Origin: Deltaproteobacteria bacterium
GTDB taxonomy: Bacteria; Desulfobacterota; Binatia; Binatales; Binataceae
NCBI GenBank assembly: GCA_027317185.1
Contig: DAHVFB010000004.1
Location: 10,401 to 74,400 of the forward strand
DNA: 64,000 bases
Reading direction: 5' to 3'
Position numbers and translations under genes: made by a program. Of this stretch, positions 19,130 through 27,576 are shown in pieces (the first letter of the stretch is position 1; every line of letters begins with the position of its first letter). Under the pieces are notes generated by a model. The model saw nothing but the letters and a program-made list of their open reading frames with translations, had not been told where the DNA came from and did not search any database.

Positions 19130-20194
19130 CTAATCTTCCAACTCGGGCTCCTTGCCATATTCTCGCAGCAGCAGAGAGAGTTTCCCGCCGTCGATTAATT
19201 CAATTGGGAGAGCCGCGGCAAATTCACGCGCTTGCAGCGTAAAGGTTGAGGTTGTGATCAATACGCCCTTTACGGCTTTTCGATCTGCAACAAGTGCTCC
19301 GTAAAATTCCCTGACCATTGCACTACCAACAGGCGAATCCACCGCGAACCGCTTGCACTGAAACAGATATCGTCCACCAATGACAGGGCGATCAAGTTGC
19401 GCCTCGATGTCGATACCTCCGTCACCCGTTACCCGCGTCATTTCGGCTACGAAACCCATCTTCCTAAGCAACGCTGTTACTAAACGCTCGAATTCCACTC
19501 CCGAAATAGCTCCGACGTCCGGCGGGACTTCGCTTAAAAGATCCGCGAACGTGTTATCAGGGCGTCCGAAGACCGGAAGCAGTTGCTGCACATCGTGCTC
19601 AGTGACGCGTTTGCTGTTGAGGCGCGCAATTATCAAACTGGCTTTTGCAGGACTTCCGTCTGCCAGCGACGCCAGCAATTCGAGAGCGGAAGCCTCAATC
19701 TCGATACCCAGTCTCGTCGCTATTCTTTCAGCGATTTGCACCATCTCAGCTTGAGGGTATGGCCGCATTCGGACAACGATGTTGAATAAGTTAAAAAGTT
19801 CAGATGGACAATCTGATTCCTTTTGTACAGCCGCGATGCAGGTAAATGGTTTCACGAGCAGGGGCATCAGATGAGACCCCGAGCCTTTCCCAACAACGAT
19901 GTTTAGCCTGAACTCACTCATTCCGGATGACAATATTTTCCGTAAGGGTCGCCTTAGGCGATTAACATTTTGAAAATAGAGAATATCGCCTTCTTCCAAA
20001 TTCGCCGCGATGGCGGCAAGATCGCCCGCTGCCTCGATGGTTGAACCATCGGCTACCCTGATGCTAACCCCTAGTTCGCGAGCGACCGCCTGCGCAATTG
20101 TGCCTTTGCCACATCCTTCCGGACCCACGAACAGAACGTGATCACAGACCCGCCCACTATCCTTAGCGAGCATTACTAGTGCAGTCAGCCGCAC
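19130..20194 (-). CDS. fusion protein: degenerate RuvB-like AAA+ module plus Mrr-type PD-(D/E)xK restriction-endonuclease domain
   Basis: N-terminal 200 aa collinear with RuvB ATPase large and small domains (LFVGPEGCGKGT / ILYFQNVNRL / LADGSPAKASLIIARL) but Walker B, sensor 1 and Arg finger are substituted; C-terminal ~130 aa is Mrr_cat (FERLVTALLRKMGF, GDGGIDIEA, YLFQCKRF, VREFYGAL); AT-rich codon usage; probable start at ATG 20173 (ORF-track start at 20194 is a GTG). Confidence 0.7.
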   Translation of the reverse strand: MRLTALVMLAKDSGRVCDHVLFVGPEGCGKGTIAQAVARELGVSIRVADGSTIEAAGDLAAIAANLEEGDILYFQNVNRLRRPLRKILSSGMSEFRLNIVVGKGSGSHLMPLLVKPFTCIAAVQKESDCPSELFNLFNIVVRMRPYPQAEMVQIAERIATRLGIEIEASALELLASLADGSPAKASLIIARLNSKRVTEHDVQQLLPVFGRPDNTFADLLSEVPPDVGAISGVEFERLVTALLRKMGFVAEMTRVTGDGGIDIEAQLDRPVIGGRYLFQCKRFAVDSPVGSAMVREFYGALVADRKAVKGVLITTSTFTLQAREFAAALPIELIDGGKLSLLLREYGKEPELED

Positions 20195-20420
20195 TGATGG
20201 CTTCTGCCTGGCCGACTATATCTATAAGGAGTCCAGCGCCCAGCTCATTTTCAGATTTGAGATCCAGAACTTTGGACGGATTTGTTGGGTCCATTGCCCC
20301 TCGCTTGAGAGCCTAAAATCGTCGGACAACCGATGTCACATTCTGGGATGCCGGCTCAAGTAGCTCAGCGATGGGCTGTGTGTTCAATTCAACCTCCGCA
20401 AACTTCCGGGGTTTTGGCAT
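20195..20420 (-). pseudogene. disrupted 5' portion of the RuvB-like gene (in-frame TAG at 20319-20321 plus a one-base frameshift near 20200)
   Basis: alternate-frame translation ...LGAGLLIDIVGQAEAIS continues into SVRLTALVMLAKDSGRVCDHVLF of the main frame; together these align to the RuvB segment [32 protein letters not shown]. Confidence 0.55.
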
Positions 20421-20510
20421 GATTCCTCTCAAAACGATTCGGCCGCCCTATTTGAGAAGATCGCGAGGGCTTCGCGCGGTGGCTGTGCGCGGGGTAAACT
20501 GCGATCCCAG

Positions 20511-21443
20511 ATGCGGTCGCCCTTCGATGCGGTAATGTTGATCGGATTCGGCGGACCGACCCGCCGCGAGGAGATTCGTCCGTTCCTCGATAATGTGCTG
20601 CGCGGCCGCCCGGTCAGTCCGGATCGTTTCGAGGAGGTGGTGGCGCATTACGAAAAAATCGGCGGGCGCTCGCCGTACAATGATCTCACGCTGCTACAGG
20701 CTGAGGCGCTCAAGGCTGAACTCGCGCGCGATGGAATCGCAATTCCAATTGTGACCGGAATGCGCAACTGGACGCCCTATATCGAAGAGACACTGGCTAG
20801 CCTCGCACATACCGGTGCGCGCCGCGTGCTCGGGTTTATCATGTCGGCCTTTCAATGCGAGGCCAGTTGGGAGCGCTATCAGGCCGCTGTCGCGCAGGCG
20901 CGATCGGACCTCGGCGCGTCAGCTCCGATAGTTGAATACGTTGAAGGCTGGTCCGCCCACCCATCGTTTGCACAGGCGGTCGCCGCGCGAATTGCCGAAA
21001 CCGCGCGCGCACTGAACGAAACCCATCGCCGCACCGCACGATTGGTCTTCACCGCGCACAGTATTCCGCTAGCGATGGCGGCAACCAGTCCCTACGTCGA
21101 TCAGCTTACCGCCGCCGCGCGCCGCGCCGCCGCATTGGCGGGATTTGAAAACTGGAGTATCGCGTATCAGAGCCGCAGCGGTAATCCGCGCGATCCGTGG
21201 CTTGTCCCCGATATCCGCGAGGCGATTCGCGCGCCCGGCGCACCCGATATAATTGTGATGCCGATCGGCTTCCTGTGCGACCATGTCGAGGTGCTGTACG
21301 ACCTCGATATCGAGGCGGTCTTGGTTGCGCGCGAGGCAGGCGTGCGGATGCTCCGTGCGCCGACCGTCGGCACGCATCCGGAATTTATACGAATGATGGC
21401 GGCGACGGTGCGGCGTCGGCTTGAGGGTGCGGACGCGTCCTGA
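20511..21443 (+). CDS. hemH: ferrochelatase
   Basis: 310 aa; FTAHSIP and IGFLCDHVEVLYDLD ferrochelatase signatures. Confidence 0.9.
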   Translation: MRSPFDAVMLIGFGGPTRREEIRPFLDNVLRGRPVSPDRFEEVVAHYEKIGGRSPYNDLTLLQAEALKAELARDGIAIPIVTGMRNWTPYIEETLASLAHTGARRVLGFIMSAFQCEASWERYQAAVAQARSDLGASAPIVEYVEGWSAHPSFAQAVAARIAETARALNETHRRTARLVFTAHSIPLAMAATSPYVDQLTAAARRAAALAGFENWSIAYQSRSGNPRDPWLVPDIREAIRAPGAPDIIVMPIGFLCDHVEVLYDLDIEAVLVAREAGVRMLRAPTVGTHPEFIRMMAATVRRRLEGADAS

Positions 21444-21456
21444 TAATCCCATCCGC

Positions 21457-22869
21457 ATGACGCAGCGCGTGGCAGTTGTCGGCGGCGGAATTTCCGGGCT
21501 GGCCGCCGCGTTCCATCTGCGCGAGCTTGCCACCGCGCGCGAGATTCCGCTCGAGGTTACGGTACTCGAAGCGAGCACCCGGACGGGCGGCGCGCTGCAT
21601 ACGATTGTCCGCGAGGGCTTCGTGCTGGAAGCTGGCGCCGATTCATTTATTTCAGACAAGCCTGAGGCGCTCGATTTGGCCGGTAAGCTCGGGCTGGAGG
21701 GTGATCTGATGGGAACGCTGGAAGCCCATCGGCGCGCCTTCGTGATTCATCGCGGCAAACCGGTCGAGGTGCCGCGCGGATTCTCGCTGCTCGCGCCCGC
21801 GCTGATCGCGCCGATTTTGGAAACCCCGCTGTTTTCGTTAACGGGCAAGCTGCGCATCCTGATCGAACCGTTTATCAAAGCGCGCCGCGGCGGCGGCGAC
21901 GAAAGCCTGGCCGGCTTTGTGCGCAGGCGGTTGGGTCAGGAGGCGCTCGATCGTCTGGTCCAGCCGCTGGCGGCCGGAATTTATATGGGCGATCCGGCGA
22001 TGCTGAGCATGCAGGCGGCGTTCGCGCGGTTCGTAATGCTCGAGCGTGAGCACGGCAGTTTGATGCGCGGCATGCGCGCGCTGCGCAGGAATCCCGCCGG
22101 TGGCGCAGGCGGCGTGCGCTGGAACCTGTTCCTCAGTTTGCGCGGCGGGATGGCTTCGATGGTGCGCGCGATCGAAGATCGGCTGGGCGAATCGATCAAG
22201 CTGGGGGCGGAAGCGATCGATCTGGCGCGCAACGGCGCGGGCTGGCGGATCGTGATGCGCGACAACAGCGAAATCGAGGCTGATGCGGTAGTCTGCGCGG
22301 CGCCCGCGTATGCCGCCGCGCGGCTGCTGCGGGAGGTAGATGCGGACCTTTCGCGCGCGCTGGCCAGCATCGAATACGTTTCGAGCGCGACGGTTAATCT
22401 CGCCTACGACGCGGCGGCGATGCCCGATCTGCCTGACGGCTTCGGTGTACTGGTGCCCGCGATCGAACGCCGCCGGATTGCCGCTCTGAGTTTTTCCAGT
22501 CTGAAATTTCTCAATCGTGCGCCGACCGGCAAGGTTCTGATGCGGGCGTTCGTGGGCGGCGCGCTCAATCCGGAGATCATGCGGCTCAGTACGGAAGCGA
22601 TGATCGACGTGGTGCGCGACGAACTCCGCGAAATACTGGGAATCCGCAGTGCGCCCCTGTTCACCTATGCGTGGCGATGGCCCCGTTCAATGCCGCAGTA
22701 CCAGGTGGGGCATCTAGAACGGGTGGCGGAGATCGAACAGCAGGCCGCCGCGGTGAACAGTTTTGCGCTGGCGGGGGCAGCCTACCGGGGCGTGGGAATT
22801 CCGGACTGCGTGCGCAGCGGGATACGCGCGGCCGAGTCAGTCTTCTCACAGCTTGCCGCTCAGGGCTAG
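21457..22869 (+). CDS. hemY: protoporphyrinogen / coproporphyrinogen oxidase (HemY/PgoX/CgoX family, FAD-dependent)
   Basis: VAVVGGGISGLAAA dinucleotide-binding motif; amine-oxidase fold; hemH-hemY synteny. Confidence 0.85.
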   Translation: MTQRVAVVGGGISGLAAAFHLRELATAREIPLEVTVLEASTRTGGALHTIVREGFVLEAGADSFISDKPEALDLAGKLGLEGDLMGTLEAHRRAFVIHRGKPVEVPRGFSLLAPALIAPILETPLFSLTGKLRILIEPFIKARRGGGDESLAGFVRRRLGQEALDRLVQPLAAGIYMGDPAMLSMQAAFARFVMLEREHGSLMRGMRALRRNPAGGAGGVRWNLFLSLRGGMASMVRAIEDRLGESIKLGAEAIDLARNGAGWRIVMRDNSEIEADAVVCAAPAYAAARLLREVDADLSRALASIEYVSSATVNLAYDAAAMPDLPDGFGVLVPAIERRRIAALSFSSLKFLNRAPTGKVLMRAFVGGALNPEIMRLSTEAMIDVVRDELREILGIRSAPLFTYAWRWPRSMPQYQVGHLERVAEIEQQAAAVNSFALAGAAYRGVGIPDCVRSGIRAAESVFSQLAAQG

Positions 22870-22925
22870 GATCATTGCCGGATCGGTACACTTTTGTCCC
22901 ATTAAGAGGGCTGAAGGTCTAACCA

Positions 22926-24182
22926 GTGGATCGCGAATCTTCGGGCTCAGCCGCCGGCGCCGCGCGATGGCCGCGCGTGATCGCCCATGCGGACATGGAC
23001 GCCTTCTACGCTTCGGTGGAGGTGCTGGATAATCCTGAATTGCGCGGAAAACCGGTGATCGTGGGCGGCAGCAGCATGCGCGGGGTGGTGACCTCCGCCT
23101 CCTACGAGGCGCGGGCTTTCGGCGTGCATTCCGCGATGCCGACGGCGCAGGCGCGAAAGCTCTGTCCCGATGGCATTTTCGTATGCGGGCGGATGGATCG
23201 GTACGTCGAAATCTCGCGCGTCGTGCGGCGCGTGTTCGAACAGTTCAGCCCGGTGATCGAACCGTTATCGCTCGATGAAGCTTTTCTCGATTTGACCGGC
23301 ACCGAACGTCTGCTCGGATCGCCGATCGCGGTGGCGCGGGAGCTCAAAGACCGCATGCGCAGCGAGTCCGGGCTGACGGTATCGGTCGGGGTCGCGCCGA
23401 TCAAAATGGCGGCGAAAATACTCAGCGACATGTCGAAGCCGGATGGCTTGCTGGCGATCGGCCCTGACGCGATACCGGCGTTTTTGGATCCGCTGCCGGT
23501 TCAACGATTGTGGGGCGTGGGCCGCGTGATGCTGTCGCGTCTGAACCAGCTTGGTATCGAGACCATCGGCGAATTGGCGCGCTTTGATTTGGTTCGGCTT
23601 AGAAGCCGGGTCGGCGCGTTCGGCGCTCATCTGCACGAACTGGCCAATGGGCGCGACCCACGCGCCGTAATCGGCGACTGGGAGCGCAAGTCGTATGGTG
23701 AGGAATCAACCTTCGAACGCGATTACCAACTGGATTCATTGGAACTGAAGCGGGCGCTGATCGCTCATGGCGAAGCGCTCGGCCGTCGTCTGCGCAGTGA
23801 CGGTGTGCGCGCCAAAACCGTGACTTTGAAGTTGAAACTGGCGCGTCCGCTGGGCGAGGGCCGTTATCCAATGGTGACCCGCAGTATTTCGATCGAGGCC
23901 GCGACCGACGACGGCGCGGCAATTACGCAGTTGGCGATTTCGCTACTGACGCGCGCGCCGGTCACGGACAAAATCCGGCTGGCCGGAATCCATCTTTATA
24001 AACTGGAACGCGCCGACTCGAATCAGATGGATCTGTTCAATCCGTCCATTTCCCGCAATCTCGCGCGCAATACCCGGCTTAACCGGGCGCTCGATGAGGT
24101 AACCCGCAAATTCGGGGAGGACGCCGTCACTCGCGGGTTGGCGCGGGCGGATCGCGCCGCGCCAACCCGCCGAATCAAATAG
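22926..24182 (+). CDS. dinB: DNA polymerase IV (Y-family)
   Basis: IAHADMDAFYASVE catalytic motif; UmuC/DinB family along the full length. Confidence 0.9.
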   Translation: MDRESSGSAAGAARWPRVIAHADMDAFYASVEVLDNPELRGKPVIVGGSSMRGVVTSASYEARAFGVHSAMPTAQARKLCPDGIFVCGRMDRYVEISRVVRRVFEQFSPVIEPLSLDEAFLDLTGTERLLGSPIAVARELKDRMRSESGLTVSVGVAPIKMAAKILSDMSKPDGLLAIGPDAIPAFLDPLPVQRLWGVGRVMLSRLNQLGIETIGELARFDLVRLRSRVGAFGAHLHELANGRDPRAVIGDWERKSYGEESTFERDYQLDSLELKRALIAHGEALGRRLRSDGVRAKTVTLKLKLARPLGEGRYPMVTRSISIEAATDDGAAITQLAISLLTRAPVTDKIRLAGIHLYKLERADSNQMDLFNPSISRNLARNTRLNRALDEVTRKFGEDAVTRGLARADRAAPTRRIK

Positions 24183-24205
24183 AAAGCTTGATGGTTCCGG
24201 CGCGG

Positions 24206-24379
24206 TCACCGGCTCAGGACATCAAGCAGGCTGTCCCGGACCAGCGGACCCAGCACCACCACACATCCAGCCAGCGAAAGCCCCAGCCCGATCATTTCAA
24301 CCGTTGCAATTTGCGTGAATGCGCCGGAAAGCATCATCACCGCCGCCACTGCGAGCAGTCCAATTCGCGTGGCTGGCAT
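24206..24379 (-). CDS. small membrane protein, about 57 aa, two predicted TM helices
   Basis: host-like high-GC3 codon usage; hydrophobic MPATRIGLLAVAAVMMLSGAF...LSLAGCVVVLGPLV; no homolog recognised. Confidence 0.35.
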   Translation of the reverse strand: MPATRIGLLAVAAVMMLSGAFTQIATVEMIGLGLSLAGCVVVLGPLVRDSLLDVLSR

Positions 24380-24624
24380 TAAGAAAAGTTTTGACACTTC
24401 GACCACCTCCTTGTCCCCCTTCCCGATTCGCGCCGCCGCGAGGCACTGCTGTTCTAAAGCAATCCGTGCGCCCAGGTGCGAACACTTCACTTATGGGTAG
24501 CCCGCCTATATGAAAGCGCCAAAAAGCTATTTGCCGATGCAGCGATGCAACGGGGACGTTGCCGTAGTGAAACTGCCAGGCTCCGAGCGGCAACTGCGAG
24601 GCTGATCCCCGTCTTGGGATCATC

Positions 24625-25602
24625 TCAGCCGGCCAAGTGAAGTTGTATTGCGGGACGGTGCGCCGCGGCGGAAGAATTTTGACCAATCGGTTCGCGATCG
24701 AGTGGAAAGCCGTAACGTCTGCGAAGCTGATCGAAGACCGATCCGAGCCGCTCGTTGTACGCACGGGGCGCATAGGCCGAGGTCGCGTAGAACGCATCGT
24801 AACGTTCGCGTAGACGGGGAAAGTTGCGTTCAATGAAGGGGACGAATTTTCTGGCCGCGGCTGGCTTGAGAAACAGCGTTCGCCACCAAACTCCGTTGGC
24901 GCCCGCGGCGCTCGCAGCAGCGATCAACAGGTCGAGCGAGCCTTCGGAATCGGTGATTCCCGGGAGCACCGGCATGATCAGCACGTTGCATCGAATTCCG
25001 GCCTCGCGCAGGGTGCGTAGCGCGGCGAGCCGCAGCGGAGGGCGCGGAGCGCGCGGCTCCAAAAGCCGTTGCAGCTTTCGATCGAGCGTTATCAAAGAAA
25101 AATTGACCGATAATCGTGAGCGCCGATTGATTTGCGTCAGTAAATCGAGGTCGCGAGTGATAAGTGCAGATTTGGTGGTCAAAGAAAGTTCGAGTCCGCC
25201 CAGGCTGGCGAAAACTTGCAGCATCGAACGGGTTAATTGAAAGACCCGCTCGGCCGGCTGGTAAGGATCGGTCGCGGTTCCGATCGCTATCGCATCCGAG
25301 CCGATAGGCGTGCGCGCTAGGGCGCGCATAAGTAGTTCCCCGGCCCTGCGTTTGACGAAGATGCGGCGTTCGAAATCGTCTGGATCGCGCAGGTCGAGAA
25401 ACTCATGCGTATACCGCGCATAACAGTAGACACAGCCGAACTCGCAACCCCGATACGGATTGATCGTCCATCGAAACGGCGTACCGGGACTGGTGCATCG
25501 GTTCAGGATCGACTTGGCTTTCATCTCGACCAGGGTGACCCCGCGATGCTCCTCTTTGGCAGCAATATCGTGGCAATCGAACAGTTCCAGATCCGCAATC
25601 AT
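24625..25602 (-). CDS. radical SAM protein, spore-photoproduct-lyase-like DNA-repair family (COG1533)
   Basis: CEFGCVYC CxxxCxxC cluster motif; about 300-aa SPL-like architecture; start may be the internal MKAKSILNRC. Confidence 0.7.
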   Translation of the reverse strand: MIADLELFDCHDIAAKEEHRGVTLVEMKAKSILNRCTSPGTPFRWTINPYRGCEFGCVYCYARYTHEFLDLRDPDDFERRIFVKRRAGELLMRALARTPIGSDAIAIGTATDPYQPAERVFQLTRSMLQVFASLGGLELSLTTKSALITRDLDLLTQINRRSRLSVNFSLITLDRKLQRLLEPRAPRPPLRLAALRTLREAGIRCNVLIMPVLPGITDSEGSLDLLIAAASAAGANGVWWRTLFLKPAAARKFVPFIERNFPRLRERYDAFYATSAYAPRAYNERLGSVFDQLRRRYGFPLDREPIGQNSSAAAHRPAIQLHLAG

Positions 25603-25800
25603 TATATAAATTTCGCCTTTTCTTCGCTAAAATGTCAAGCGCGGGTAATTTGCGCCAAATATCAACGCGAAAACGCTCACTATTAACTTCAATTAGTTTT
25701 TATTCACTTGACTCATGCTTATCTAAGGTTAAATCTATCTTGGTATCTTTCAGCAACGTTGATTGGTAGCAGCCATTAATTGGTTTCAGGAGAAAATGCG

Positions 25801-26745
25801 ATGCGTTTCAAAAAGCAGCTTAACCGAGGGCAAATCGCGGTTATCCTCGCGCTGATTCTGCCCGTGTTGCTTGGTTCAATGGCGCTGGGGACCGATATCG
25901 CCATTCTCTACTTCAACTGGGTGCAGATGCAGAAAGCGGCGGATGCTGCAGTGCTGGCCGGGGCGAACTATTTGCCGGGCGATCCATCACAAGCGCAGAC
26001 CGTCGCTAATAATAATGCCATGACCAATGGCATCGCACAGAGCGAGATCGTCTCGACCATTGTCGCGTCAGATGACATGTCGATCACAATGACCGTGAAC
26101 CGGAACGTCAACTACTATTTCGCGAAGGCGCTTGGACTCACGACAGGCGGGGTCGGCACTGCCGCCACCGCGGGCATCCAGTCCAACACACCGACGTCGC
26201 GCGGGTTGATGCCGGTCGGGTTGCCCTGTTCTACCGGCAATTGTGACTATACGGTCGGCCAACAGTACGTCCTCAAGGCACCCAAGACCACTGGCAGTTG
26301 GGGGCAGCTCGGACCGGGTAACTGGGCGCCGCTTGCCTTGGGCGGCAATGGGGCGGCTGTTTATCGGCAAAATTTAGAGCTTGGCTATGTTGGCCAGCTT
26401 AATATCGGCCAGGACGTAAGCACCGAAACCGGTCAAATCACCGGGCCGACGCAGCAGGGTCTGGCGGGTCGGATAAGCCTCGGACAGACGATTTATCCGA
26501 GCGCCAATCCAGCCAGTCCATCGCCTTACGATCCGCGTTTGGTGGTGGTGCCGATGGTCGATTTCAGCGGAAGCAATGGTGAATCGAGCGTGCCAATCGT
26601 GAATTTTGCTCTGATGTTTATCGACGCGGTGACCGGCAATAATGCCAGTATCGACGCATACTATCTCGGCACGCTTCCGAGCTCGGACACTTCAAGTACA
26701 TCCCAACAGAATTTTGGTCTGCTGACTCCTATTCTTCTCAAATAG
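25801..26745 (+). CDS. TadE/TadG-like Flp-pilus assembly protein, orphan
   Basis: N-terminal RGQIAVILALILPVLLGSMALGTDIAILYFNWVQMQKAADAA matches the TadE/G pseudopilin-like domain; Gly/Thr-rich remainder; AT-rich upstream region. Confidence 0.65.
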   Translation: MRFKKQLNRGQIAVILALILPVLLGSMALGTDIAILYFNWVQMQKAADAAVLAGANYLPGDPSQAQTVANNNAMTNGIAQSEIVSTIVASDDMSITMTVNRNVNYYFAKALGLTTGGVGTAATAGIQSNTPTSRGLMPVGLPCSTGNCDYTVGQQYVLKAPKTTGSWGQLGPGNWAPLALGGNGAAVYRQNLELGYVGQLNIGQDVSTETGQITGPTQQGLAGRISLGQTIYPSANPASPSPYDPRLVVVPMVDFSGSNGESSVPIVNFALMFIDAVTGNNASIDAYYLGTLPSSDTSSTSQQNFGLLTPILLK

Positions 26746-26817
26746 GTGTGAACAAAAGCCCAGCCGGGGCGGGTTGACTGTCCGCCTCGGCGCGCCGATT
26801 TCCTTGCGGCGCAGAAT

Positions 26818-27474
26818 TTAATCCGCATTCCCAAAGGCGTGAGTTGGCGCCAGATCGACATATCCGGTATCCCCGAGCAGCGACGATTCGATCGGAATAT
26901 GCAGGCTGTCGTGTACGGTGTTGTAGAATTTCCAGAAACCCACCACGCAGGCGAGCTCCATCACCTGCGGCGGGCTCAGATGCCGTCCGAGCCGCTGCAA
27001 CAATTCGTCCGGCACGGCGGTCGGATCAGTGGAGGCGGCGCGTACGTAGTCGTAGCATACCCGCTCGAAGTCATCCTTTGGGATCGTCGTGCCGTTCACG
27101 ATCGCCTGCAATTCCGCTTCGCTTAAGCCCCAGCCCTCTTCGCCGTCGAGTCCGCGCGGCTTCTTGAGCATCGAGCACGAATGCGCGGTGCAATAAGCGC
27201 ATCCGTTGATCGAACAGGCGACCGCGGCCAGCTTGCGCTTAAGTTGCCGATCGAGGGTGGACGAAGGATCGCGCATGATTTTACTGTTGAGCATCCACAG
27301 CGTTTCCGCGATTTCAGGCCGATGCATATATAGCTTGAGCGCGTTCGGCACGAAGCCCATCCGGCGCTGATATGGTTCGAGCACCGGTTTGAGCTGAGCG
27401 GGATAATCAGCTTCCTTTACGTACGGAATGAATGGTTCGGCCTCGACCGTGACTTTGGGACGGGGAGCCTGCAT
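26818..27474 (-). CDS. carboxymuconolactone decarboxylase (AhpD-like) family protein
   Basis: CMD-family helical fold with Cys/His motif (CSINGCAYCTAHS); start set at MQAPRPKV so as not to overlap mauB. Confidence 0.65.
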   Translation of the reverse strand: MQAPRPKVTVEAEPFIPYVKEADYPAQLKPVLEPYQRRMGFVPNALKLYMHRPEIAETLWMLNSKIMRDPSSTLDRQLKRKLAAVACSINGCAYCTAHSCSMLKKPRGLDGEEGWGLSEAELQAIVNGTTIPKDDFERVCYDYVRAASTDPTAVPDELLQRLGRHLSPPQVMELACVVGFWKFYNTVHDSLHIPIESSLLGDTGYVDLAPTHAFGNAD

Positions 27475-27576
27475 AATGCCTCCTTCGATTGGTTGGGCGA
27501 TCGTACCGGACGGAAGTAACGAAGCGCGGCGCGGCCTGTATTTACGCTCAGCCAAGCTTACCGATGCAGGGGACCA

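Noticed and set aside
20208-20420. Two small minus-strand ORFs of 33 and 43 aa upstream of the RuvB-like gene. I considered independent micro-proteins, or an antitoxin.
   Set aside because: They are in one frame separated by a TAG, and together with the main frame they align to the RuvB N-terminal segment. They are therefore remnants of the gene's disrupted 5' end, not separate genes.
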